In this document: piece by piece, positions 25,648 through 34,459 of the stretch | How the letters are laid out: each line of letters starts with the position of its first letter | Position numbering within the stretch: position 1 is the stretch's first letter | Assembly (NCBI GenBank): GCA_030536655.1 | Contig: JAUNPN010000001.1 | Coordinates: 20,559 to 84,558, forward strand | DNA: 64,000 nucleotides | From: a bacterium | GTDB taxonomy: Bacteria; Bacillota; Clostridia; UBA1381 | Reading direction: 5' to 3' | Position numbers and translations under genes: made by a program | The notes under the pieces: generated by a model | The model's input: only the letters and a program-made list of their open reading frames with translations | Told to the model about the DNA's origin: nothing | The model's database searches: none

Positions 25648-26433
25648 TCATAGTGAAATATCCTCCTTTACCGGTTTTGATTTTTCAGACTGTTTATTTA
25701 TTTGTTCTTTTGCTTCCGCCAACTGCTGACGAATTGACGGCTTTTGTTCTGAACATTCTTTGACAATATGGGTATCTCTCGGAATAGCGCTAATACGGTA
25801 TTCATCAGGAATATCATCACGATTGCCGCTGTATATCTCGTTGAAATCACTTTGATTACATACAATATAACCGTAATCAGTAAACATACCGTTTTCATTT
25901 AGCGCCGTATCGCTTCCGTACTCTTTATAATCAATGTAATTTTCCAATGCTTTCAGTGTGTTCATATCATAACAGCCCACTTCATTGATAAGGTAATATC
26001 CCAAATCATACTCGTCTGTAATACTCGGATATACCTCGTAGCAATCAAGATTTTCAGTTAGATTTATTAAATCCTTTACACTGTCCGAATGTTCACCCAT
26101 TTTAACGATAGCCTTAAAATGCTGCACTTCCGAGCCCGACATTTCATCTAATCTGCCTGCGAGATAATTTAATTCGTCAAGGCTCTCATATTCGCTCAAC
26201 ATATCATATATCCCGTCAATATAACAATCATAGTCTGTAATAAACCATTCCTCATACGGCGAACCGAATACATCTTTTGAGCCTATGCCTATACGCCTAA
26301 ATACATCTTGCATTTCATCAGGAGTAACAGGGAACTTTACCCATTCGCCTACTAAATATCCCTCGTTATATTTTCCAAGATTAGTAACAAAGGCGGCCAA
26401 GTGAAAATCCGGTGTGATTTCTGTATCTGCCAT
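25648..26433 (-). CDS. ardA: Antirestriction protein ArdA
   Basis: 261 aa. AAFVTNLGKYNEGYLVGEWVKFPVTPDEMQDVF...EEWFITDYD is classic ArdA. The protein is highly acidic. Confidence 0.85.
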   Translation of the reverse strand: MADTEITPDFHLAAFVTNLGKYNEGYLVGEWVKFPVTPDEMQDVFRRIGIGSKDVFGSPYEEWFITDYDCYIDGIYDMLSEYESLDELNYLAGRLDEMSGSEVQHFKAIVKMGEHSDSVKDLINLTENLDCYEVYPSITDEYDLGYYLINEVGCYDMNTLKALENYIDYKEYGSDTALNENGMFTDYGYIVCNQSDFNEIYSGNRDDIPDEYRISAIPRDTHIVKECSEQKPSIRQQLAEAKEQINKQSEKSKPVKEDISL

Positions 26434-26442
26434 ATATCAACC

Positions 26443-28506
26443 TCACTTTCCGTCAAATTCCAGCCTGAAATGTACATACTTATCGTTGCTGTCGATTAAA
26501 ACCACGTCCGCGTCATAGGTGCTATCCTTTTTCTCGGAATACAAGCCTTTTACCTTTGTTCTGCCTTTTGCGAGCAAATCTGCCGCAATTTTCTTTGTAA
26601 TCTCTTTTCGCTTATTCGTGAAAAACCTGTCATTTTTCCACATAACGAATTTACAGCTTTTATTAGCGCAATAAAAGTTATTTTTACTTTCGTGTACGTC
26701 TGAACCACAACGGGGACATATACCGATAACCTCACGCGGCGCACGGAATATCGCTCTGTCCTCGTCTGTGATGAATGAATATGTTTCAACAAGTTCTTTT
26801 GTCAAATCCTCAATTCCTTTCATAAACTGCTCCGGCGGGTAATTGCCCTTTGCAATCTCGGCAAGGTTATTTTCCCAATCGGACGTTAGAATAGGTGATG
26901 TGAGTTTTTCAGGAAGAACACTGACAAGACTTATTCCGTTATGAGTTGCAACAATAGACTTGCCCTTGCGTTCCGCAAATCCCGTCTGTACCAGCTTTTC
27001 TATAATCGCCGCCCTTGTCGCCGGCGTTCCCAAGCCCTTGCGTTCCGCTTCGTCCGTTGTTTCGGCGGCTCCCGCTGTTTCCATTGATGATAATAATGTG
27101 TCCTCCGTAAACGCTTTCGGCGGTGAGGTATAACCCTCTTTGACTTCTGATGAAACGGTAACGGTTTCGCCTTTTGTGATACAAAATACATCTTCGGCGC
27201 GGTCTGTGTCCGAATGAATATATCTTTTAAAAAGCTGTTCGATATTTTTCCAGCCCTCAAATAAAATGATTTTACCCTTTGCCGTAAACTGTACGCCGCC
27301 GCACTCCAAAACTGCGGTAATCGTTTCATACTCATACGGGGAATTAACCGCACATAACAGCTTGCACATAATAAGGTGAAGTATATTACTTTCGCCGTTT
27401 GGTATTTCCGCCAAGCTGATATTTTCAATTTCTGCCGTCGGAATAATAGCGTGGTGGTCTGATACCTTTTCATTATTGAATAAGCAGAATGTATCAGGCT
27501 TAAAATCCGTACAGTTTGAGAACGGCGCGAATTTTGACGCTATATGAACGATTTTAATTACTGTATTGTGCATATCGTCCGTTAAATATCTGCTGTCGGT
27601 TCTCGGATATGTAATCAGCTTTTGTTCATAAAGCGATTGAGCATAGTCAAGCGTCTGTTTCACCGTATATCCAAATATTCGGTTTGCTTCGCGCTGTAAT
27701 GTTGTGAGGTCAAACAGTTTCGGGGCGCCTGTTTTCTTTTTCTCTTTAACTGCACTAACACAAACGGCCTGCCTTTCGTGGCAAGCCGCTTGTAAATTCT
27801 GCGCTTCGTCTTTGTCGGAAATCTTATCGCTGACAGCCTTAATATTACCGCCGTCAATTTCAACGGTATAATATTTTTCTTTTTTGAACATTGAAATTTT
27901 GCTGTCCCGTTCTGCTATCATAGCAAGGGTAGGCGTCTGTACGCGCCCTATATTCAAATGCTTTCTATACAGTGATGTAAACAGCCTTGTTGCGTTTATA
28001 CCGATAATCCAATCGGCTTTTGCGCGGCATAAAGCGGAATTATAGAGATTATCATACTCGCGTCCGTCTTTAAGGTTATTAAATCCCTCGCGGATTGCGC
28101 TTTCCTCCATTGAGGAAATCCATAAACGGAAGTACGGTTTTTTGCAGCCGCACATATTATATACAAATCTGAAAATTAATTCGCCCTCGCGTCCCGCGTC
28201 GCACCCGTTTATAACTTCGGTTATGTCGTTTCGGTTCATTAAACCGCTGACAACCTTATATTGATTTTCCTTGCCTTTGTTTATGGCAAACTGCCACTTT
28301 TCGGGCAGGATAGGTAAATCCTCATATTTCCATACCGCGTATTTTTCATCATACGCCGCCGCGTCCGCCAAGCCTGCAAGATGACCGATACACCAAGTAA
28401 TGATATATCCGTTTCCCTCAAAATATCCGTTTTTCTTAGCGGTTATGTTTAAAGCCTTTGCGTAGCTCTGGGCTACTGACGGCTTTTCCGCAATTACTAA
28501 TTTCAT
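26443..28506 (-). CDS. topB: DNA topoisomerase III (type IA)
   Basis: 687 aa. Toprim start MKLVIAEKPSVAQSYAKAL, active-site region ITYPRTDSRYL and a C-terminal zinc ribbon CPRCGSDV...CANKSC. Confidence 0.92.
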   Translation of the reverse strand: MKLVIAEKPSVAQSYAKALNITAKKNGYFEGNGYIITWCIGHLAGLADAAAYDEKYAVWKYEDLPILPEKWQFAINKGKENQYKVVSGLMNRNDITEVINGCDAGREGELIFRFVYNMCGCKKPYFRLWISSMEESAIREGFNNLKDGREYDNLYNSALCRAKADWIIGINATRLFTSLYRKHLNIGRVQTPTLAMIAERDSKISMFKKEKYYTVEIDGGNIKAVSDKISDKDEAQNLQAACHERQAVCVSAVKEKKKTGAPKLFDLTTLQREANRIFGYTVKQTLDYAQSLYEQKLITYPRTDSRYLTDDMHNTVIKIVHIASKFAPFSNCTDFKPDTFCLFNNEKVSDHHAIIPTAEIENISLAEIPNGESNILHLIMCKLLCAVNSPYEYETITAVLECGGVQFTAKGKIILFEGWKNIEQLFKRYIHSDTDRAEDVFCITKGETVTVSSEVKEGYTSPPKAFTEDTLLSSMETAGAAETTDEAERKGLGTPATRAAIIEKLVQTGFAERKGKSIVATHNGISLVSVLPEKLTSPILTSDWENNLAEIAKGNYPPEQFMKGIEDLTKELVETYSFITDEDRAIFRAPREVIGICPRCGSDVHESKNNFYCANKSCKFVMWKNDRFFTNKRKEITKKIAADLLAKGRTKVKGLYSEKKDSTYDADVVLIDSNDKYVHFRLEFDGK

Positions 28507-29154
28507 TTATATATCGTCCTCCGTTTCATCTTCTGTATATGTATCGTCCTCGTTTTCGGTTTCCTCGTCCTCGCCGTCGGTAAATTCAAAATCTTCCAAA
28601 TCGGGGGCGTTTTCCATATTCTTTTTGGGAAGATAAACCTTAAAATAATATATACCCAGCCCACCGATAGCCGCAATAGCAATCAGAATAAGCATTATAT
28701 TTGAATTGCCTGACTTTGATTTATCGGTTTTCGGTGCGGTTTCTGTCTTGCCGTCCGGCTCCGCTGACGGCGACGCCTGCGCCTGCGGCGTAGGGCTTGC
28801 TTTTACTGCTGCGGATACTGCCGCGCTGTTTTCCTTTGCAAGCGCTTCGAGGTCGGATATATCAACCTTATTCAAGAAATATACATTATCGTTTACATTC
28901 TGCTTGTCGATAACGATAAAAAATACGCTGCCGTCCTTTGCGGTTACGCTTATAAACTGCAATTTATCACTGTCGGAAATGTTGTCTACAACGTGCCCCG
29001 CGCCTGCGGTTGATATGGTACGCGACGGCTTCGGTGTTTCCGTTGCCGCCGGCGCTGCCGCTGTACTGTCATAGTTTGCGTGTGCGGTTATTCCGCACAT
29101 TCCGCCAAAGCATAATAAAGCTGCTGATAATATCGCAATAATTTTATTCTTCAT
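28507..29154 (-). CDS. DUF4366 / CD1107-family mobile element surface protein
   Basis: Start moved to MKNKIIAIL (AGGAGGA upstream). It has a signal peptide, a FISVTAKDGSVFFIVIDK core, a C-terminal TM segment and an acidic tail. Confidence 0.75.
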   Translation of the reverse strand: MKNKIIAILSAALLCFGGMCGITAHANYDSTAAAPAATETPKPSRTISTAGAGHVVDNISDSDKLQFISVTAKDGSVFFIVIDKQNVNDNVYFLNKVDISDLEALAKENSAAVSAAVKASPTPQAQASPSAEPDGKTETAPKTDKSKSGNSNIMLILIAIAAIGGLGIYYFKVYLPKKNMENAPDLEDFEFTDGEDEETENEDDTYTEDETEDDI

Positions 29155-29422
29155 TCGTGCCGTCCTCCTGCTGCTCGTTTTCTTCAATAGCCTTTAATTC
29201 CTCCTCGTACTCGTCGGGAAGAAGAACATCACCCTTTGCATACGCGCTTAAAAGTACGGTAAGCTGGGGAGTGCTGAGCTTAACAGCCTTAACGAGATTT
29301 ACAATCTGCAAATTCTCGGCTTCGACTTTCTGCGCTTCAAGATTGCGTAATTTCTGCTGATACTCGCTTATCTTCGCTTTTGTTCTTGTAATATCCTTTT
29401 CAATTTTTTCAAGTGTTGCCAT
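29144..29422 (-). CDS. DUF4315-family coiled-coil protein
   Basis: 92 aa. MATLEKIEKDITRTKAKISEYQQKLRNLEAQK...IVNLVKA. Confidence 0.7.
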   Translation of the reverse strand: MATLEKIEKDITRTKAKISEYQQKLRNLEAQKVEAENLQIVNLVKAVKLSTPQLTVLLSAYAKGDVLLPDEYEEELKAIEENEQQEDGTNEE

Positions 29423-29443
29423 AATTAAAATACCTCCATAATT

Positions 29444-29887
29444 TTAAATTAAATTTTTTTCATATCTTATTTTCATTTCCTGCGGATATAAAGGAACGGG
29501 AGGCTTTCGCGCTCCCGTCCACTGTTTGCCGCCCGCAAGTCCGGCACATTCCCAGCCAGCCGCTTTTAAGCTGGCGCCGCTTTCGCTTTCGAGAATGTAT
29601 GTTATGATTTTTTCGTAGCCCATAGCCTTAGCCGCTCTTGCCGCCGCTGAATATAAGAAGCTGCAAGCGTTCTTTATTCCAAGAGTACAAAGGCGGTTGA
29701 CTTCAAGCGTCTTTCCGTTATCAAGATAACGGCTAACAGGGCGCCCGACAATAACCACACCTACAAGCTGACCGTTTAATGAACAGCCGATAGAGAATTT
29801 ATGTCCAGTTACTCTTTTATGGTGTCGGTGGAATAACTCTACAAATTCATTTGCCTTAGCAAGAGAAACAGGTGTAAGTTTGAGCAT
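29444..29887 (-). CDS. GNAT-fold (XF1762-like) protein
   Basis: Start moved to MLKLTPVS (29887, 1 nt after the upstream stop). LVGVVIVGRPVSRYLDNGKTLEVNRLCT...NACSFLYSAAARAAKAMGYEKIITY..ESGASLKAAGW. Confidence 0.55.
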   Translation of the reverse strand: MLKLTPVSLAKANEFVELFHRHHKRVTGHKFSIGCSLNGQLVGVVIVGRPVSRYLDNGKTLEVNRLCTLGIKNACSFLYSAAARAAKAMGYEKIITYILESESGASLKAAGWECAGLAGGKQWTGARKPPVPLYPQEMKIRYEKNLI

Positions 29888-29888
29888 A

Positions 29889-32432
29889 TCAACCGCCCCC
29901 AAGTCTGCCAAAGGCGTAAAAATGCGAGCTCCAATAGGAACTATCAATACTTGCGTACTGAATAGGGTTGCCGCAATGTATCATCATACCGTTACCGACA
30001 AATATTCCGACGTGGGTTACAGGCTCGCCCGCGTTATATGTACCTGTAAAAAATATAATGTCGCCGGGTTTTGCGTCCGCTCTTGACACAACCGCGCATT
30101 GATTAAAAATACCCTGCGCTGTTGTACGGGATAGAGGATATACGCCTGACGCCTGATACACCCAGCATACAAAACCTGAACAGTCAAAAGATGTTGACGG
30201 ACTGCTGCCGCCCCATACATACGGATAACCTAAGTATTTTTCGGCTTCCGTTATAAGACGTCGGAATGTCGCGTCGTTTAACGCTTCGCCGGGTATGGTA
30301 TAGCTCGGCGGCGCTGCCGGATTGGAATAAATATCGTCCGCAAACAAGTAATCTCGGTTGCCCTTGCTTTCAAGATATATACCGTATAATTCCCGCTGGT
30401 CGTCCGTAAAGTTCGTATTTGCAAGCATAGTAATATTCTTGTTTACAAGCGTAACATTGAGTATTTTATATTCCTTTTCGTTTCCCTCGTCGTCCGTTCT
30501 TGTTTCCGTTTGTGATGTAAGCGTCAATATATATTGCTGTTCAAATAAATCATCAAGCGGCTGTTTTACATCATTAAAAGTAAAATCCATATATAACGCT
30601 GTGAGGTAGGAAATGAGCTCATACGGATTATGGCCTATCTGCGCCAAATCGTAATTATATTCGTCATAACCTCCGTAATCGCGTTCAATATTATTTATCT
30701 CACTCTGTAAACCGCTTTCAAGGTCTTTGTAATAATTTTCAGCCGCGTATATATCCGCGTCCTCCGCAAAGTATGACGATACCATAATTGAATTAAAGCC
30801 CGTTGTACCCATAACCGCGCAAGATGAAATTGTAGTTGCTATCCAAGCAATTATTAAAGCAATAGCAAGAATGACGCCGAATACCTTTTTATGACGCTTT
30901 ATAAACTCCACAATGTACACCGTAACGTCCTTTGTGGTCTTTGCGGCGCGTTTTGCCTGTTTCGCGCTCTGTTCGGCTCGCTTCGCCTGCTGATATTTCT
31001 TTTTAATCTGCTTTTTTTGGAGGAATTTCCTCAAAGCTGATTTTTTCTTGAAATCGGGATTATCAGCAAGCGTCTTTTGAACAAAGGCCTTTGCTTCCGC
31101 TTTTTCTGCCCTGAATTGCAGACGTGCCGCTTTTTTATACGGCGCGTTTTTGCGGTTTTGGATAATCATTCGCCCTTTACGGTTTCCAAACCGCAAAAGA
31201 CTTTCCGCTTTCTGCTCCGTCTTATGCGCGGCTTCAACGCCTGTATTTTCGTTTTCGTGTTCGCCCACTTTGGAATGAGCCTTGTTTAAGACGGTCATAC
31301 CCGCTATACCCGCCGCATTTTTTACGGGGGAACGGTGGTATATATCGGATTGAGGCTTAATCTCTTTTTCAAATTTCAGACGGGTTTTAGCTTTCTTTTT
31401 CTGCTCGTCATAAACGCGCTCTTTCTTTATTTTGCGCTTATGAGGTAGTTTGTTTTTTGCGTTTTCCGCCTTATTTTTGAGTTTGTCGGCTTTCATCGGC
31501 GCCGTTTCCGCCCGTTTAAACTGAAAATCGCCTTTGTCGGGAATAACGGTATCGGCATTTTCCGCCGACTCTGTTTTAGACTGCTTTTCCTGATATAAGC
31601 GGTTTTTGCTTCCGGCTGCCTTTTCGTCTGCGCCTTTTTTCTCTGACGGACGGAATGAAAATTCCGTCTTGCTTTCCCGCGTTTCAAAAACAAAATCCTC
31701 TTTTTCCTCTGCTCTGTCAAAAACCGTATCGTCTGCGTCAACCGCTTCTTTGATATTGTACTCTGCTGTCTTTTCGGTTTTAATACGCTTTTTCTGATAG
31801 GCTCGGTTTTTATCCGGCTGTTTCGGATTGCAGGCTGCGGAATCCTTTTCGGAATCCGCGCCAAGCTGAAAATCCGAATTGCCGTTTACGCGGTCAAACG
31901 CTTCATCAGAATTTTGTGTCTGCTCGGTAAAATCATAATTTCCGTTATCCTTTACAGGTTCGGCATTATCCGTCTGCGGTTTTTCCGCCGTACTGTCTGC
32001 GGAATGTTCGGTATTCTGTTCTGAAATATCATAATCAAAAGTCTTTTGATTAAATCTGCGCTGATACCGTTTGTTTCTCGCCGCCGTTTTTACGGCATTA
32101 GAAAAGCCGCCTTGTTTGGGCGGCTCGCTTGTCGGCGGGGAATATGGTATATCCGGCTGACGGTCAAGATGAATATTCTCTAAGTCCTCTTGCTGTTCTG
32201 TATTATTTTCGGTAGGCTTTAATATTTCCTGACTGTCTGACGGAATTTGTACGGTAGAAGTGTCAAGCGGCTTTTCGGTATCTAAAAATTTCTGCTGATA
32301 CCTCTTGTGTTCTGAAGAAGTAAAAGGCTTTTCGCTGTCCTTTACATTATGCCGTCCGAGAACGGTATCGGCAGCGGTCTTTTTTGAAAAATCCGCGTCC
32401 TTATTCCGAGCCTTAAATTCCTTGTCTTTCAT
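29889..32432 (-). CDS. CD1108-type conjugation cell-wall hydrolase (disordered N-region, TM segment, C-terminal NlpC/P60)
   Basis: 847 aa. TM segment VFGVILAIALIIAWIATTI. NlpC/P60 domain YPYVWGGSSPSTSFDCSGFVCWVY...HVGIFVGNGMMIH. Confidence 0.85.
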   Translation of the reverse strand: MKDKEFKARNKDADFSKKTAADTVLGRHNVKDSEKPFTSSEHKRYQQKFLDTEKPLDTSTVQIPSDSQEILKPTENNTEQQEDLENIHLDRQPDIPYSPPTSEPPKQGGFSNAVKTAARNKRYQRRFNQKTFDYDISEQNTEHSADSTAEKPQTDNAEPVKDNGNYDFTEQTQNSDEAFDRVNGNSDFQLGADSEKDSAACNPKQPDKNRAYQKKRIKTEKTAEYNIKEAVDADDTVFDRAEEKEDFVFETRESKTEFSFRPSEKKGADEKAAGSKNRLYQEKQSKTESAENADTVIPDKGDFQFKRAETAPMKADKLKNKAENAKNKLPHKRKIKKERVYDEQKKKAKTRLKFEKEIKPQSDIYHRSPVKNAAGIAGMTVLNKAHSKVGEHENENTGVEAAHKTEQKAESLLRFGNRKGRMIIQNRKNAPYKKAARLQFRAEKAEAKAFVQKTLADNPDFKKKSALRKFLQKKQIKKKYQQAKRAEQSAKQAKRAAKTTKDVTVYIVEFIKRHKKVFGVILAIALIIAWIATTISSCAVMGTTGFNSIMVSSYFAEDADIYAAENYYKDLESGLQSEINNIERDYGGYDEYNYDLAQIGHNPYELISYLTALYMDFTFNDVKQPLDDLFEQQYILTLTSQTETRTDDEGNEKEYKILNVTLVNKNITMLANTNFTDDQRELYGIYLESKGNRDYLFADDIYSNPAAPPSYTIPGEALNDATFRRLITEAEKYLGYPYVWGGSSPSTSFDCSGFVCWVYQASGVYPLSRTTAQGIFNQCAVVSRADAKPGDIIFFTGTYNAGEPVTHVGIFVGNGMMIHCGNPIQYASIDSSYWSSHFYAFGRLGGG

Positions 32433-32447
32433 TCATTACCTCCGCCC

Positions 32448-33245
32448 TTAAAGTTCGGGACTGCTGCGCTTTTTTGTCTGCGCCGGTTCCGTCTTGTTTT
32501 TCTCTGACGCCTTAATTGAATTTAACTCCTTGCGGATTGACGGCTTTTTATCTGCGCTTCGGCTGATATTTTCCGTCTTTGCCGCTTCCTGAGCTTTTTG
32601 CATTTTCTCTGTAACATATCCGGGTAGAAGATGTTCGTGTACCATAAAGGATTTTTCATATTCTTTCGGAATGGGCGGGGAAATTTCCGTGAATAAATGT
32701 GAATAGGCTTTTATTCTGCCTTGTATATATTTTTCCGCTTCCGCCTTATCCTTAAATGAGCGTTCTTGTTCTGCAATACAGTTATTATGACCAACTGGAC
32801 TATTTGTGCCAATAGACCATTTCACTTCCCAGCGTCTTGTTTTTTCTGAACGCCAGCTTGTGTAATCATACATACGGTATGTCATTTTATATACCATATT
32901 ACTGATAGATGTACAATCGTGGTTATAACAATCTCTGTCGTTTACCCATTTATTTGAAGAATGCGAAACCTCCGGTACTTGCAAATACTCAATAGCCCTG
33001 TCAAATTGTCTTGTAATTGCCGCTTTTTTTTCCCAATCCCGCGCTGACTGCCGTACTTTTTCAAAGGCGGCTGTTTCTTTTTTGACGTTATTATCACGCA
33101 TAGCCTGTATTTTTTCAAGCGGTTGTGAAATCAAATTCAATATATCGGTTTCATTAACGATTATGGTATGCTCAACTTTAAGTGTGGCGCCGGCTGATAA
33201 ATCGTCATTTTCATAAGTACGGTAATTATCGTAATCTTTGTACAT
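32448..33245 (-). CDS. Hypothetical ICE protein with a KPSIRKEL tail
   Basis: 265 aa, in-operon position. I recognised no family. Confidence 0.55.
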   Translation of the reverse strand: MYKDYDNYRTYENDDLSAGATLKVEHTIIVNETDILNLISQPLEKIQAMRDNNVKKETAAFEKVRQSARDWEKKAAITRQFDRAIEYLQVPEVSHSSNKWVNDRDCYNHDCTSISNMVYKMTYRMYDYTSWRSEKTRRWEVKWSIGTNSPVGHNNCIAEQERSFKDKAEAEKYIQGRIKAYSHLFTEISPPIPKEYEKSFMVHEHLLPGYVTEKMQKAQEAAKTENISRSADKKPSIRKELNSIKASEKNKTEPAQTKKRSSPEL

Positions 33246-33439
33246 ATATACCTCCTGACATTTTTATTCTAATTCCTTTAATCGGATAGGACTTACAATC
33301 TCATAGCCGCGTCTTGCGGCAAGCTCGGCAATATCGGCAATCAGCTTTTTCCGTTCCTCACGTTCAACATTCCTGATTGCCTGATACGCCGTCAAATCCT
33401 TGCACCCGCTGCCGTTAAGAAAATCCTTGTTTTCTCTGC

Positions 33440-34459
33440 TTATATCAGTTCACCTCCAAATTCACAATATTTTTTACATCTTCCCGTCTCAATATCTGAA
33501 ATAAATTTAAGTATAGGAAATACCTGCGGAGGACATACGGCATTACCTAAGGCTTTCAGTCTGTCGGCTCTGCCGTCCGTCCTGTCCGTAATTCTCGGAA
33601 TATCCTCCGGCTCGTTTAGCCACAGCTTAAATCCGTCCATTGCTTCGGGAACCCCATTAACCATTCCACCCAATCGGGATTGAGCGCCGCCGTCTCCGAC
33701 TGCGGCTGTTCCTCTAATATCACCTGCGCCGCAAGGTTCGCCCTGTCCTTGCTTTTCCTCATTACCTCCGGCGGAAATTTTGACCTTATCCCGTCCGACG
33801 CTACCGGCGTCATATAGAACACCGCCGCCGACAGCGGAAGGCTCCAGATTGCGCCGTTTTTGTTCTTCTTCCGAAATATCCCGTTGTCTGAAAGATACAC
33901 ATTCATATTTACAGCCGCCGTCTGCTTTTTGTTGTTGTCGGAGGCAAGCGGAGTGGGAAACATCAACGCCGACGATAAAAGTTCTTGTGCGCTGATGCCA
34001 CGCGCCGACACCGCAAGCTGGTAATACGAATGTTTGAACAGTGTAGCCCGCTTTTTCCAAGTCAAAAATCGTTTTGTCGAGCCCCATATTGATGAACCCA
34101 GCAACATTTTCGCCAAGCACCCAACGGGGCTTGAGCTCTGTAATGACGCGGCACATTTCAGGCCACAAGTAGCGGGTATCTTCAAACCCTTTTTGTTTCC
34201 CCGCGCTTGAAAAGGGCTGACAGGGAAATCCGCCGCTAATGAGGGTAACGCTGTTTCGTCCTGTTTTTTCAAAAAATACCTCCTTTGTTAGAGTTGTAAT
34301 ATCACGAAAGCGGGGCACGTCCGGCCACCGCTTTTCAAGTATGGAAGTCTGGAAATCCGCCCATTCACATTGACAGACGGTTTTAAACCCCGCCGCTTCT
34401 GCGGCGAGGTCTATTCCGCCTATGCCGGTAAACAGACTTAAATGTGTTAAATCATTCAT
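33440..34459 (-). CDS. DNA (cytosine-5)-methyltransferase, orphan
   Basis: 339 aa. Motif I LSLFTGIGGIDLAA, motif IV GGFPCQPFS and motif VI ENV. No adjacent restriction endonuclease. Confidence 0.9.
   Translation of the reverse strand: MNDLTHLSLFTGIGGIDLAAEAAGFKTVCQCEWADFQTSILEKRWPDVPRFRDITTLTKEVFFEKTGRNSVTLISGGFPCQPFSSAGKQKGFEDTRYLWPEMCRVITELKPRWVLGENVAGFINMGLDKTIFDLEKAGYTVQTFVLPACGVGAWHQRTRTFIVGVDVSHSACLRQQQKADGGCKYECVSFRQRDISEEEQKRRNLEPSAVGGGVLYDAGSVGRDKVKISAGGNEEKQGQGEPCGAGDIRGTAAVGDGGAQSRLGGMVNGVPEAMDGFKLWLNEPEDIPRITDRTDGRADRLKALGNAVCPPQVFPILKFISDIETGRCKKYCEFGGELI

Noticed and set aside
33264-33395. Small ORF abutting the methyltransferase stop (...KDLTAYQAIRNVEREERKKLIADIAELAARRGYEIVSPIRLKELE)
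   Set aside because: The sequence looks protein-like, but there is no ATG or GTG start. Only a TTG with a poorly spaced RBS is present, and the conserved-looking N-part would lie upstream of it. I cannot support it as a gene without homology searches.
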